A stretch of DNA of 64,000 bases. Source: Adineta vaga (lineage: Eukaryota > Animalia > Rotifera). Location: positions 5,456,001 through 5,520,000 of the forward strand of contig CP075492.1 in NCBI GenBank assembly GCA_021613535.1, read 5' to 3'. The notes under the pieces are model-generated. The model saw only the letters and a list, made by a program, of their open reading frames with translations. It was not told where the DNA came from and made no database searches. The translations under genes were made by a program, and so were the position numbers. Shown in pieces: positions 12,621-24,552 of the stretch; position 1 is the first letter of the stretch, and each line of letters begins with the position of its first letter.

Positions 12621-13320
12621 TTAAGGAAGTATAGGATTAAGATCTAATAATGCATATTCATTCAATTCATTCAATGGTCGATTAATTGTTAAATATTCAT
12701 CAGCTGTTTCATCACCCATATGTGTCATTGTTTTTCCATTACCATCAAATAATTCATTTAAACCAATTTGATTATGTAGAAATGCTCGAACTTGTAATAA
12801 TGTGGGTGTATCTTTTAAACTTAAAAAACGATCATAATGCATATATCCATCTGATTTAGGTCCTAGATAATAGTTTTTAACAATAAGACCTTCAGGATCA
12901 ATATCTTGCATGGTCATCTGTTTCAATTCATTCGAATGACGATACCAAAACGATGAATCAATTTCTGGATAAGATTTTGATAATAATTCAAAGATATTAT
13001 CCCATGTAGCTAATTTAACTTCATCATCTGATGAAACTGAGAAAACAATTAATTTAAATTTTCGTTTGCCTTCTAATCGATGACGTATCCAGTCAAGGGT
13101 ATGTCCTGAATGAATTAACATCTCCAAATGAGACATATCGAGAAAATTTCGGTGTTCTATGATCAAATACCCATGAAAGACGTTTTATAGGATCATAAGA
13201 TAAACGAGAAAAATCCTCATCAGTGCAACCATGGGTTATACGACAATAAAGACCAGTCAAATCACAATTATCTGATAAAGAATTCGAACCGTTTCGAAAA
13301 GCCTGAATATATGCATTCAT
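12621..13320 (-). pseudogene. Intronless hypothetical protein gene split by a frameshift near 13150
   Basis: ORF 13093-13320 (...LSWVFDHRT) overlaps ORF 12621-13166 (RNFLDMSHLE...). One indel joins them into a ~232-aa globular-looking protein; no GT-AG intron explains the shift. Confidence 0.6.
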
Positions 13321-13881
13321 GTTATTGTTTTCTTTCTTTCTTTGACAACAAGCAATAGAGTATGATTATGATTTATTTGATTGCACGGTTACATATAGCA
13401 TTGTGTGCTGTAAGATGTCACTAATAACAAAGGAGAAAAATGATTAATAATCTGCTATAAATATATGTCAGTAATAGAGTTACCTGTCATATCCTTATTC
13501 TCATGGCTATATGAATACGATTTACATCACGGGACAGAAACAACGTCGAAATTGATCTTTTTTATTTTTTATTTTTCTTGTTTCAATTGCCATAAATGAA
13601 TTTATTGTCTATGGTTGCTTAGCAACAATCATGGACTAATCAAATCTATTGATACAATAAATATATTTTATGAATCAAAATTTAGTACTAATTTCTTTCA
13701 ATTATTTCCGAATAAACAATTATTTTTTCATTAAAATTTCAATTTATTTTTCTAGTATGACTCATATATCCTATTCCTCCATATTGTATGTAACAACTGA
13801 TATTCGTCTTGTTTTTGTTGTCTAAACTAAACTATTTTTACGATTATACAATATTATTTATAGCAATATAAAAAGAAAACT

Positions 13882-14455
13882 ATGGCTGCCGCTCAACGAA
13901 GTCTTTTGGATACAATTGCTGCTGAAGGTGTTCATGTAAAGAAAACGCTTTTTTTTTTCTTTGTCATATATTTGTTTTCTTTTAGTTCGCAATATGGTCA
14001 TCAATCATGAGTGTTGGTGGTGGTTTAGGAGAAATCTTCGTCAATCACGATGCTCGTATGCATATCGCCGGTGAACATGCTATACCAGAACTTCTTGAAG
14101 CACATAAACGATCAAAATATTTAACAAATTTAATGTTACTTGTCAGTGGTGTTTCCGGTGCGTTAGCATATCAACAAACAAAAGATAACTATTGGCTTAT
14201 TGGTTCAGGATTAATGCTCGGTAAGATTTTGAATCGATTTATTGATGCAAAAATTGACTGATGTTTTATTTAGCTGGTATTCCATATTGTGCATTAGTCG
14301 AATATCCAGTTGCTGAACAACTTAAATTTTTAACACTTGATGCTAAATCTGAAAAAGCTAAAACCTTATTAGCTTCATGGGGTGGTATTCAACTCGGTAA
14401 ACTTGCATTAGCTGTTGGCGGTGCCACAATTTTCTACTGGTTTGCTCGCCGTTAA
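13882..14455 (+). CDS. DUF1772 (anthrone oxygenase-like) small membrane protein; 2 introns
   Basis: Pattern WLIGSGLMLAGIPYCALVEYPVAEQL...LLASWGGIQLGK matches DUF1772 helices; exons join in frame. Confidence 0.65.
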
Positions 14456-14620
14456 ATTTGAGCAATCAATAGAATTTTATCTAATCTAGCAGATTGTCTC
14501 ACACTTCTCCTCTTCTTCTTTTTATATGTTACTATGTATTCGTGCCAGTTTAGATCTTTGAATAAAAATATAAACTATAGAATAAACATTGTAGATAAGA
14601 AGATAAAAAAAAATATTCAA

Positions 14621-16220
14621 ATGACGGAAGAACTTCTGATCGGTATGCATAATTTTCTTCAGCCATATTTACCACTATTAAATTCTCATAATGTTGATTA
14701 TTTAATTCGTGATCATTGGCATACTTATGTACCTGAATGGATTCGACAAGAAGAAAGAATTAATCTCTATGATTTATTTGAACAACGATATCAAGAATGT
14801 TCACCAGCGAGAAGTTTATTAGAAGAATTTATTGATGATATTATCGTATGGAGAAAGAAAATTGAACAAATAACATATACACGTGAGAAATTTCAAGAAG
14901 AAATATTACTAGAAAAAGCGTCACCAAAATCATATAAATGTATTAGTCGAACGTTTATGAGTGAAAAAAAAGAACATGAAGTAGATATTTTAGCTCCTGT
15001 TATAAATCAAATTGCTAATATTGCGAATGCGGAATCAGTAAATCTCTATTCATAAAAAGAAAAACGTACTATTTTCATATTACTCTCATTATGTTTAGAT
15101 CATTGATTATGGAAGTGGTCGTGGTTATCTTGGTGTACAAATATCTCAGGATTATAAACGAAATGTTCTTGGAATTGAATCTTGTGAAGCAACTGTTCAT
15201 AGTGGTGAACGACGAATTGAACTTTTATCAAAATATCAAAAAGAATCGACGAATGATCCACAATATAAAACAACATCAACTATTGTTACAAGTGAAACAA
15301 ATTTTGAAAATCTATTCTATCAAACCTTTCATTCTCATTCGTCATCATTTCTTCTCTGTGGTTTGCATGCATGTGGATCTTTATCTTGTTCATTGATCTA
15401 TCATTATGTTGAAAAATCAACTGTCCATGCAATTGTCAATGTAGCATGTTGTTATCATTTATTAGAAGAAAAATTCTCTCCAAATCCTTTTACTAGTAAG
15501 TAACGATATATAAAAAGACAAAAAAAAAACGATAGAAATAGAGAAAGCATTTTTTAGATCGTTGTAATGAAAATGATCCCTGTAGTTTTCCATTGAGTCG
15601 TCGATTAATTGCTGAAAGAATAAAACTAGGACGAAATGCACGAATGCTTGCAGTACAATCATTTGAAAGAAATAAAGCTGATCAAGTAAGAGAATAATAT
15701 TGAAATTAATCTTTTATTTATTTTTGTTTCTGACATAGACATTAAATGCTGGTTTATGGTATCGAGCATTGATGCAAGTTATTCTTGTAGAAATTTATGA
15801 TTTAAAATCGGGTTTAGACGATATTAAATTAGGTAAACTTAATCGTCGACCATTAACATTCGAAGAATATGTTTGGAAAGCCGTAGATAAATTGAAATTA
15901 GATAAAACAAAAGTAAGATATTATCATATTTGTTTTTTCGACATAATATTTTTGTTAACATATTATAGATAACAGCAAATATCATTGATGATTATTGGAG
16001 ACGTTATGAAACTCAACATCTTCAATTACATACATTTATTCAATTAAAAGTTTTATTTTCAAGTTTAATTGAAATGATGATTCTACTTGATCGACTTCTA
16101 TTTCTTCAAGAATCCGTCATTAACATTCCATCGGCATCATCTTATTTAGTAGCACTTTTTGATCCGATTAAATCACCACGTCGTTGGTGTTTAATTTCAA
16201 TAAAATCACAAAATTTGTAA
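14621..16220 (+). CDS. METTL25: Methyltransferase-like protein 25; multi-exon
   Basis: LLNSHNVDY...HW, MSEKKEHEV, SAM motif IDYGSGRGYLG, GLHACGSLS, VACCYHL, ILLDRL...FDPIKSPR. Confidence 0.85.
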
Positions 16221-16259
16221 AATGAACTGATTATTCATTTCTTTCAATTTCTTTTTCAG

Positions 16260-17279
16260 ATGGGTACACCACAACGTGATGTTACGGTCGATTATTCGAC
16301 AGCACAAAAAGAACTTCTAATTGAAAAACATTGTGCTTTTCTAATTGGTTATGGACAATCACATAGTACCTATCAATACGGTATAACAGATTATCTTCGT
16401 ATGAGTGGAGTCTATTGGCTTTGTACATGTCTTGATTTACTTCATGCATTGGATAGAATGGATCGTAATTTTATTCTTGATTTTATACAAAAATGTCATG
16501 ATAAAACATCCGGTGGATATTCACCTTGTCCAAATCATGATCCACACTTATTATATACATTATCAGCTGTGCAATTATTAGTTCAATTAGATCGAATGGA
16601 TTTGATTGATAAAGAAAGTTTATGTTCATATATAAAAAAATTACAGCAAGAAGATGGAAGTTTTGTTGGTGATCAATGGGGTGAAATTGATACACGATTT
16701 TCATTCTGTGCCATCGCATGTTTAAAATTAATCGATTCATTAAATGTAATCGATATCGACCGGGCAACAGATTTTATTATGAGTTGTTTAAATTTCGATG
16801 GAGGTTTTGGTTGTATACCTGGTGCAGAATCCCATGCTGGACAAATTTATTGTTGTCTAGGATTTCTATCGCTTGTACAACGTCTTGATCAATTAGATTT
16901 ATCAACAAGAAACATGTTAGCTTGGTGGTTATGCGAAAGACAATTAGAAAGATCTGGTGGATTGAATGGACGTCCGGAAAAATTACCTGATGTTTGTTAT
17001 TCTTGGTGGGTTTTAGCATCATTGAAAATTCTTGGAAAAATTCAATGGATTAATCGTGAAAAATTGAGTCAATTTATTTTAGCTGCTCAAGATGATGAAA
17101 CAGGTGGCTGTGCTGATCGACCAGGAAATATACCGGATCCATTTCATACATTATTTGGTGTTGCCGGTTTATCTTTATTGAATATATTGAATGAGAATAC
17201 AATTCAAAAAGTCAATCCTGTTCTATGCATGCCAGAATATGTGATTCAAAGACGAGGAATCGAAATGCAATTATTATAA
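16260..17279 (+). CDS. RABGGTB: Rab geranylgeranyltransferase beta subunit; single coding exon
   Basis: MGTPQRD..., YLRMSGVYW, HDPHLLYTLSAVQ, GEIDTRFSFCA, ESHAGQIYCC, GRPEKLPDVCYSWWV, DPFHTLFG. Confidence 0.97.
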   Translation: MGTPQRDVTVDYSTAQKELLIEKHCAFLIGYGQSHSTYQYGITDYLRMSGVYWLCTCLDLLHALDRMDRNFILDFIQKCHDKTSGGYSPCPNHDPHLLYTLSAVQLLVQLDRMDLIDKESLCSYIKKLQQEDGSFVGDQWGEIDTRFSFCAIACLKLIDSLNVIDIDRATDFIMSCLNFDGGFGCIPGAESHAGQIYCCLGFLSLVQRLDQLDLSTRNMLAWWLCERQLERSGGLNGRPEKLPDVCYSWWVLASLKILGKIQWINREKLSQFILAAQDDETGGCADRPGNIPDPFHTLFGVAGLSLLNILNENTIQKVNPVLCMPEYVIQRRGIEMQLL

Positions 17280-17895
17280 ACATTGATTTTAATTTCAAAT
17301 CTATTTTATTGTTTTTTTTTAAACTAGATAAAATTTCATATAGAAATCTAATCTAGAAGACATTTAACGACCTACTTCAATTGAAAATAATCCTTGATTA
17401 GTTGTACAATACCGTAAAGTCATTGTCATCACGTCTACAACATTTCTCATCATCACGTATTGGCCATGAAAGGCTTTAGATGTTGTTGACATCTCGATAT
17501 CGAAAAGAAAAAGTTATATCTACGCATTTTCAATTATCAAAGGTTAAAAGTATTAATCTATCAATTTTTCTAGGGTAATGTAGTTCGTGTATCGTTTAGT
17601 TAATCTCGATTGTAGGCCGATTTCAAACATATCAATACAGGCGCCATAGATTTCCTAACATTTCTTTCTGTCGAAGTTAGATAATCCACCGACATATAGA
17701 CATCAATACAAAGTGCATTGTCGTGACTTTTCATTTATCGATGAAGACAAAGAAGAAGAAGCGAAAAAACAACAAGACCTTCATCTGAGGAAATTGTTAA
17801 TCATATATAAATATTCGTCAAAGATGTAACTGATCGTTTGATTTGATAATTTCTCGTTTCTATTAACAATAACAATAACAAGACAAGCTTTTGTG

Positions 17896-19675
17896 ATGTT
17901 ATTCATAGTGATTGCAGCACTTTTGAGCCATGGTATCTATTCATTACCAGCAATCAATTTTACAGATAATGCTGACCAGTAGAAATGATTAAAACATTGA
18001 GCGAAGCTCTCATAGCTCCAAATGAACAACAAGCAGGTCAAGTTGATTCGAGAGGTACGATTCAAATACAAATATCAGAAATCTATATCTATCTCATTCT
18101 TTAGGATTTTACTATCCATATCCATACAATAATGTCAATTGGTATAACTTTCCTTATTTATGGCCTGCTGTAGCTGGTGGTCTTCTTGCCCCTACTGCAC
18201 CACTCGCAGGTCTTGGTGCATCATTAACAGGTTTAGGAACTGGATGTCCAACAGGTTTATGTCCAAGTGGTGCGAGCTGTTCGCAATTATCTGGTCAATG
18301 GCAATGTGGATGTGGTGTCAATGGCTGTGTTGGTAGTAAGTAATCTATTTATTTATTTATTTATTCAGTTTTATTTGATAATTGTAAATTATTAAATTTC
18401 ATTAAGAGAGAAGTTTCTTTTTCTCGAAGTTTTTCTTGAATATTTTCATTATGTTGAGAAAGATATTCTTGTGAAACTTCAGCAAAAATTTGTTGGATTT
18501 GTTCGCGTGATACATTAGGATATTGACGACTGATACCATCAATCATTCCGATTATATCAAGACTTGTATCATCGTTAGAAGTAGTTGTTGATGCGTCTTG
18601 TGCAGTTTGATCATCGCCTGTTGTTTCTTTGATCGTTGGAATTTTTAGAATAAATTCACGATGAACAGAGACAGGTAAACCTTCCGTAAGTGGATAGGGA
18701 AATATAGGTTCTTCGAATAGATGAAAATCGAGCTAGAAGACAAAGAAAACCGTAGTTTTTTCTGTATACAATAAATGTCATGTTTACTGTTCGAATTTCT
18801 TCTAATGTTTCGATTTCTTCTGGTTTCTCTTCGAGTAATGTTTCATAGAGATGACGATGTTGAAAAATAATTTGAATAACATAATCAATTACTTTTGGAT
18901 AGAGATGTGAACTGAAAGCCACTGGTTTTTTCGGCGTTTTTTCACCCATAAGAATTGAACATGAATGTATGAATGCTTCATTCAATTTTATTGGATTTGT
19001 TTTATCAGTTCGTTCGATTTGACATAACAGACCGTGAATTAATGTCAGCATACAAATCGTTTGTTTCGGTGTATAATTTGCACGAAGTAAATCACTTAGA
19101 AATGATGTATATAGATCCACTAATGATTCATCACGATATGTTTCACGTTTGAAAAATGTTTGAGAATTCACTTTAAGAATATGATCAAGAACAAATTGTT
19201 CGAGTTGAACAGGAAGTGGTGAATTTCCTTGATTATCATCAAATAATTGTTTTAATTGTTCCGTAGTTATAAGAGAATGAGTGAGAAAATCATTGATTGT
19301 TTCTAATTGAAATAGATTGATATCCGCAATAGCGACAAACATTATTTCATGTATTCAATGTGTCTGCTTACCAATACAACTTTCTTTTTCTCATTCTTCT
19401 TTTCGTTGTTGTTGTTCTTGTTTACCTAGGCAACCGATTGGAGGAGGTCGACAATATTTCTAATGTCATTTTTTTTCTTTTCTATTTTAGTTCAAAATCC
19501 TTGCGGCATCTATGGCCGATATTATTTTCCTTATTATCCTGATGCATCACGATTTATTCAATGTGATCAAACAGGTGTCTTCTGGATTCGTAAATGTGCA
19601 CCTGGTACAATCTTTGATCCTAAGATAGGTGTCTGCAATTATCCACCTGTCGTTGTCGAAACTGGCAAAAAATAA
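17896..19675 (+). CDS. Small secreted protein: Tyr/Gly-rich region, Cys-rich EGF-like segment and C-terminal chitin-binding (CBM14/peritrophin-A-like) domain; last intron 18336-19490
   Basis: Signal-like exon MLFIVIAALLSH; exon ...CPTGLCPSGASCSQLSGQWQCGCGVNGCVG ends at a phase-1 GTAAGT donor (18336). It joins in frame to the exon after TTTTAG (19490): QNPCG...RFIQC...CAPGTIFDPKIGVCNY. Confidence 0.7.
18361..19400 (-). CDS. C8orf74/CFAP119-like (flagellar C1a-32 family) protein, nested in an intron of the opposite-strand gene
   Basis: LVDLYTSFL...NYTPKQT, FSSHLYPKVIDYVIQIIFQHRHLY and PYPLTEG motifs; intron about 18731-18785. Exact start uncertain (19342 or a short upstream exon). Confidence 0.7.
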
Positions 19676-19981
19676 AGCAAAAAAATATAGAAACTCTTTG
19701 AAATGAACATTTCGCATTTTTCATATCTTTTTTTCCAATTAATACTAAAATAAAACGTAGAGTCATATAGTTAACGTCGGAACTCATCTCTGAGAATCGT
19801 ATGATTTTATTATCAAAATAAAAAGGAAAAAATAGAAACTTAATCAATTCTACCATATTCATTTTTACACGCATCTATTTGGTTTCGAATTCAATAAAAA
19901 AACAATGTAATCAATTCTTACTTGTCTTTCAATTGAATATAAAGGCATGTTATTTAGTTATTAGAAGTTTTTTTTTCAAAT

Positions 19982-21315
19982 ATGTCGCACGATCGATCTT
20001 TTTCAAATAGAAACCTACCATCTGGCGGAGTTGTCTATGTACCACCTACCTATCAACCTGAGCTATTTCCAATGAGAAATGGACATATACCGCCTTCAAA
20101 TCCTACTACTCTTCCATTAAAAAATAATCGAGTAGTACCACCAACTTATTCTCAAGATTATAATTCGTATGGACAACCGAATAATTGTAGGTATCATCTT
20201 ATTTCTGTTGAGTTGCTGATGATATTTCCTTTTTTTCTCTTACTCTTCTCAAAAAGCATATGAAAGTCCAGTATCAATTACACCAACCAAACCACTGATT
20301 CCAACATCACGAGTATATCCACAAAGACAATCGATGATGAATCCAATAAATCCATTTGTATCAGATAATAATCATTCATATAATGATTCTGAATACAACC
20401 AGCAACCAGTAAAAACGTCTTGGTGGTCGAAAGGATTATGTTTTGGTTTAACACGTCTAAGTGGTGGAATTCTATTTGGTACAATGCTATTTCTTTCTTT
20501 CGCAGCAATTGCTGGTCTTATTATATCAGTTGTTTTATATATGAAAGGCAATTAAAGTCCCTTATTCTAAACATCTAGAGTAATCAATTGTTTTCTATTT
20601 AGATAGTACCGTTGATCCACAATGGAAAATTCTTGGTATGGTCGTCAGTTCTGTGATGATAATAACAGTACTTGTCACTTTACTTATCTTTATTTATTGT
20701 TACAAAAAAGGACATATTATGTTGAATAATAATGAAAATAATCAAGGTCAACATTTTCAACAACCAAATAATTATAATCAATCACGAATACCGCCCTATG
20801 GTGGTTATGGACCAATTGAAAATGGTACACCTTCGCCAAGATCTGAAAATACGGTTCAAGTTCGAGATAAATTAACAAATACAGAAAAAACAATTTCTTC
20901 TCTACGACATCGAGATTATAAACGAGGCGTATGGCCAGGAGTGAATGCGTATGGTGGCATATCACATCGTCCAGTAGAACCACCAAGAATGGCTCATCGT
21001 ATTACACAAGCATTACCAAATGATATTGATCAATCTTTCTCTTCAAGAAGAAATCAACAATTATTCGGTGGCCGTCCAGTTGCATCACAACCAAACTATG
21101 AAATAATTGAAGAAATATATGAAACATCACGAAAACGAAAACCTGATGAATATATAGAATATATTGAATTACCTAAGCAAAGCAAACGTGAACAACCAGG
21201 TGCAATTTTACCAAAACCAAGATACGGTGATATTGTTGTCAAACATGTCAAAGTCATCGAGGAAGCAAATGATGATGGTGATGGTAGTTACAATACGGAT
21301 CATTTTTATCAATAA
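19982..21315 (+). CDS. Unknown membrane protein with two TM helices and Pro/Asn-rich disordered tails
   Basis: Three coding blocks joined by short introns; hydrophobic segments GILFGTMLFLSFAAIAGLIISVVLY and ILGMVVSSVMIITVLVTLLIFIYC. Confidence 0.65.
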
Positions 21316-21498
21316 AAAGACTAACTTATTTTTCTGCTTTCATTTAAATGTAAAAAAATAATAAATAAGTACGACATCTTTTATCCTCTCTTTTCGTTGA
21401 TTGATCAGTATACCAATAAGAGAATTCTACTTACGAAATTTTCTTTCTATCTATCTATCTGACATGGCATCATTTACATTGATTGTATATTTTGTAAG

Positions 21499-22520
21499 AT
21501 GGCGTCGAAAATTTTCACACCAACAAATCAAATCCGTTTAACAAATATTGCTACTGTTCGTTTGAAAAAAGGTGGAAAACGTTTTGAAATTGCTTGTTAT
21601 CGTAATAAAGTTATTTCATGGAGAAATAAAGAGTAAGTTACACAAAAATATATGAATTGTACCATTACTAAATTAATTAATTTTTTTTTAGAGAAAAAGA
21701 TCTTGATGAAGTTCTTCAGACGCATACTGTTTTTTCGAATGTATCCAAGGGACAGGCAGCAAAAAAAGAAGATCTTATGAGTGCATTCAATACGGAGGAT
21801 CAAACGAAAATTTGTCTTGAAGTAAAAACAAAAGAAAATATTTGTATAAAAGCTAGATACTGATATTTACTCTTCTAGATTCTAGAAAAAGGTGAATTAC
21901 AAGTATCGGATAAAGAACGAACTCAACATCTAGAAACGACATTTAAAGAAATTGCTTCTATCATCAGTGGAAAATGTGTTAATCCAGAAACGAAACGTCC
22001 GTATACAATCTCGATTATTGAACAGGCAATGAGAGATATTCATTATAGTATCAATCCAAATCGTAATGCAAAACAACAAGTAAGATTGCTTTTTATAGAC
22101 ATATATGAAATGTACGTTTAACTTAGGCATTGGATGTTATTCGTCAATTGAAACAATCAAATAATATTCCAATTCAACAAGCCCAAATGCGTGTACAACT
22201 AACAGTGCCAGGTAAGAAGAATAAAAGCTATCAATTTATTTACATTGCCATTCAATTTGTTTCTTATAGCTAAAGATGCAAAGAAATTTAAAGAAAAAGC
22301 AAGTAAATTATCAACAGCACCACACATTGATAGTGAAGAATTTCTTGGTTCATCAATGCAAATGACATGTTCTATTGATCCAGGAGTGTTTCGAGAATTG
22401 GATGATTTATTAAAAAGTGAAACACGTGGACAAGGACAATTGGAATTGTTAAGTTTAATGGATGTGGCTGAAGGTGATGAAGCTCTCAATGATTTACATG
22501 ATGAGAAATCGGATGAGTAG
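21499..22520 (+). CDS. SBDS: Ribosome maturation protein SBDS; multi-exon
   Basis: [74 protein letters not shown]. Confidence 0.97.
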
Positions 22521-22703
22521 GAGAGAAAGATTTTATTGTTATTTTATCGAAAGAAAGTTTAATCAAATAAAGTTATACCTTAACAGAAAAGAAATTCTTT
22601 ATCTTTCGAAAAAAAACAAACATGAGTCATATTTTCTCCATCATCATCATCATCCACAGAAGATGACGAGCATAAAAAGAGAAACGTTATTTCTTACAAA
22701 TAA

Positions 22704-24495
22704 ATGTTTCGACGTACAGTAACGTTCTGTTTGATAGTTATTTCTATCTATGTTTGCGCTTGTAATTCCAATTTCAAAACTTCATATTCTTCTAAAAATG
22801 ATATTCCTGAATGTTCGGCACAATTACGATCTTCATCAAAATTTCGTCTTCAAGAAAAATATGATATAATTATAATTGGAGCGGGTGCTGCTGGTAGTAT
22901 TGTCAGTAAAAAACTTGCTACTAATCTACCTAATATGAGTATCTTACTTGTTGAAGCTGGTATAGAAACAGGAAATAATGATAATGATAATATTACGAAT
23001 CCAGCTCTATGGCTTTATGTAGTACATAACAATAGTTTAGAATGGCATTTTCAAACTGCGGCTCAAACAGCATTAAATAATAGAATTATTGATCTTGGAT
23101 TTGCAAAAGGTACAGGTGGAGGTGCAATGCATAATGCTATGGGATATGTTCGAGGAGGATTGAAATGGTATGTACAAAAAGATAAAGAAATAATTGTACG
23201 TATCTACTGTATTTAGGATGGATGCTTGGGAATTAGATGAAGGTGCAACAAATTGGAATTCAGAAACATTAACACCCTATTTTGACATGGTAGAAGATAT
23301 TTTAAAAGTTGTCTATCCTGCGAATGACACACAAGGTTTAGTGGATGCTATTTTTGAAGCTTCAAAAACAGCAGGATTTCCATATAATCCATCTTACAAT
23401 CATGGTCAAGATATGCTTGGTATTGCTAATTTTGTAATGAGTATAAACGATATTGACAAGACAATGAAGCAACGTGTTAATCCGCATTATACTCGAGTTA
23501 CTTCATATCAGAAATATCTCGAAAATTCGAAACCATCCAATTTACAACTCATTACTGGTCTTCAAGCACTAGGTTTTAACTTTAGCAATGAACAAATTCC
23601 AGGTATCGATCATGTTGAACTCTATAGTGAACAACAGCAATGTAAATTTTCTGTCGCTATCAATAAAGAATTAATTCTTAGTACTGGAGCTATTAATACA
23701 CCTAAATTACTTCAACTGAGTGGTATTGGTAATGCAACTTATTTGCAATTATTAGGTATCAAAGTTATCAAAGATCTTCCAGGTGTTGGTATGAATTTTC
23801 GTGATGATGTTGTTGTAAATTTAGTTTATACAACGAATGCCGTTGAAATTGATAGTCCACCTGCTTCCTTTCTTAGTGCAGTCCTATTTGCAGTCGATAA
23901 TAGTACAGCACAAAATGTATCCTATCGAAATGGTACAGGTTCGTTGACAAATATTGAAATGTTATTTAGTACAGGAAATATGATTGGAAATTCATGGCCG
24001 ATCGATTGGCAAAATGCACTAGTTCTATCACCAAATATTCAACAATGTAAATCACGTGGTACAGTTATGATACAAAATTTAGATCCGTTGGCAGTTCCTG
24101 CCGTTGATCCTGCTTATCTTACTGTAGATACAGATTTTGATCGAGTGATCAACTCTATTCTTCTCGGTCGTGAATTACTATCACAACCGAGTTTTATGAA
24201 GTGGAATTTTCGAGAAGTTTTACCAGGTCCTGCTTATCAAACACGTGATGAACTTATCGAATGGATTCGTACCAATGCTACAACAGGTTTTCATTATATT
24301 GGAACTTGTAAGATGGGTACAGATAGATTTTCTGTTGTCAATCCACTCAATATGAAAGTTTGGGGAGTCAATGGTTTACGCATTGTTGATGCATCTGTTG
24401 CACCAGCATCATTCTCTGCCAATACACAATCATTAACTTATGCTGTAGCTGCACGAGCTGTTGATCTTATTCTATCAGAATATCAAATGAAATGA
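22704..24495 (+). CDS. Secreted GMC oxidoreductase (choline dehydrogenase/glucose oxidase family); 1 intron
   Basis: Signal peptide; YDIIIIGAGAAG FAD motif; GTGGGAMHNAM; ELILSTGAINTPKLLQLSGIG; catalytic HYIGTCKMG and SANT. Intron about 23168-23217. Confidence 0.93.
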
Positions 24496-24552
24496 AGAGG
24501 AAAAAAAAGGATTTTTATATAAATATATAAGAGTTCTTGAATAAAAAGGATT

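Noticed and set aside
16217-16259. METTL25-RABGGTB fusion protein through a 43-nt intron
   Set aside because: The splice would enter RABGGTB out of frame and stop after about 20 codons.
17366-17735. Possible small minus-strand gene between RABGGTB and the chitin-binding gene
   Set aside because: Short open stretches only; no coherent spliced ORF or motif.
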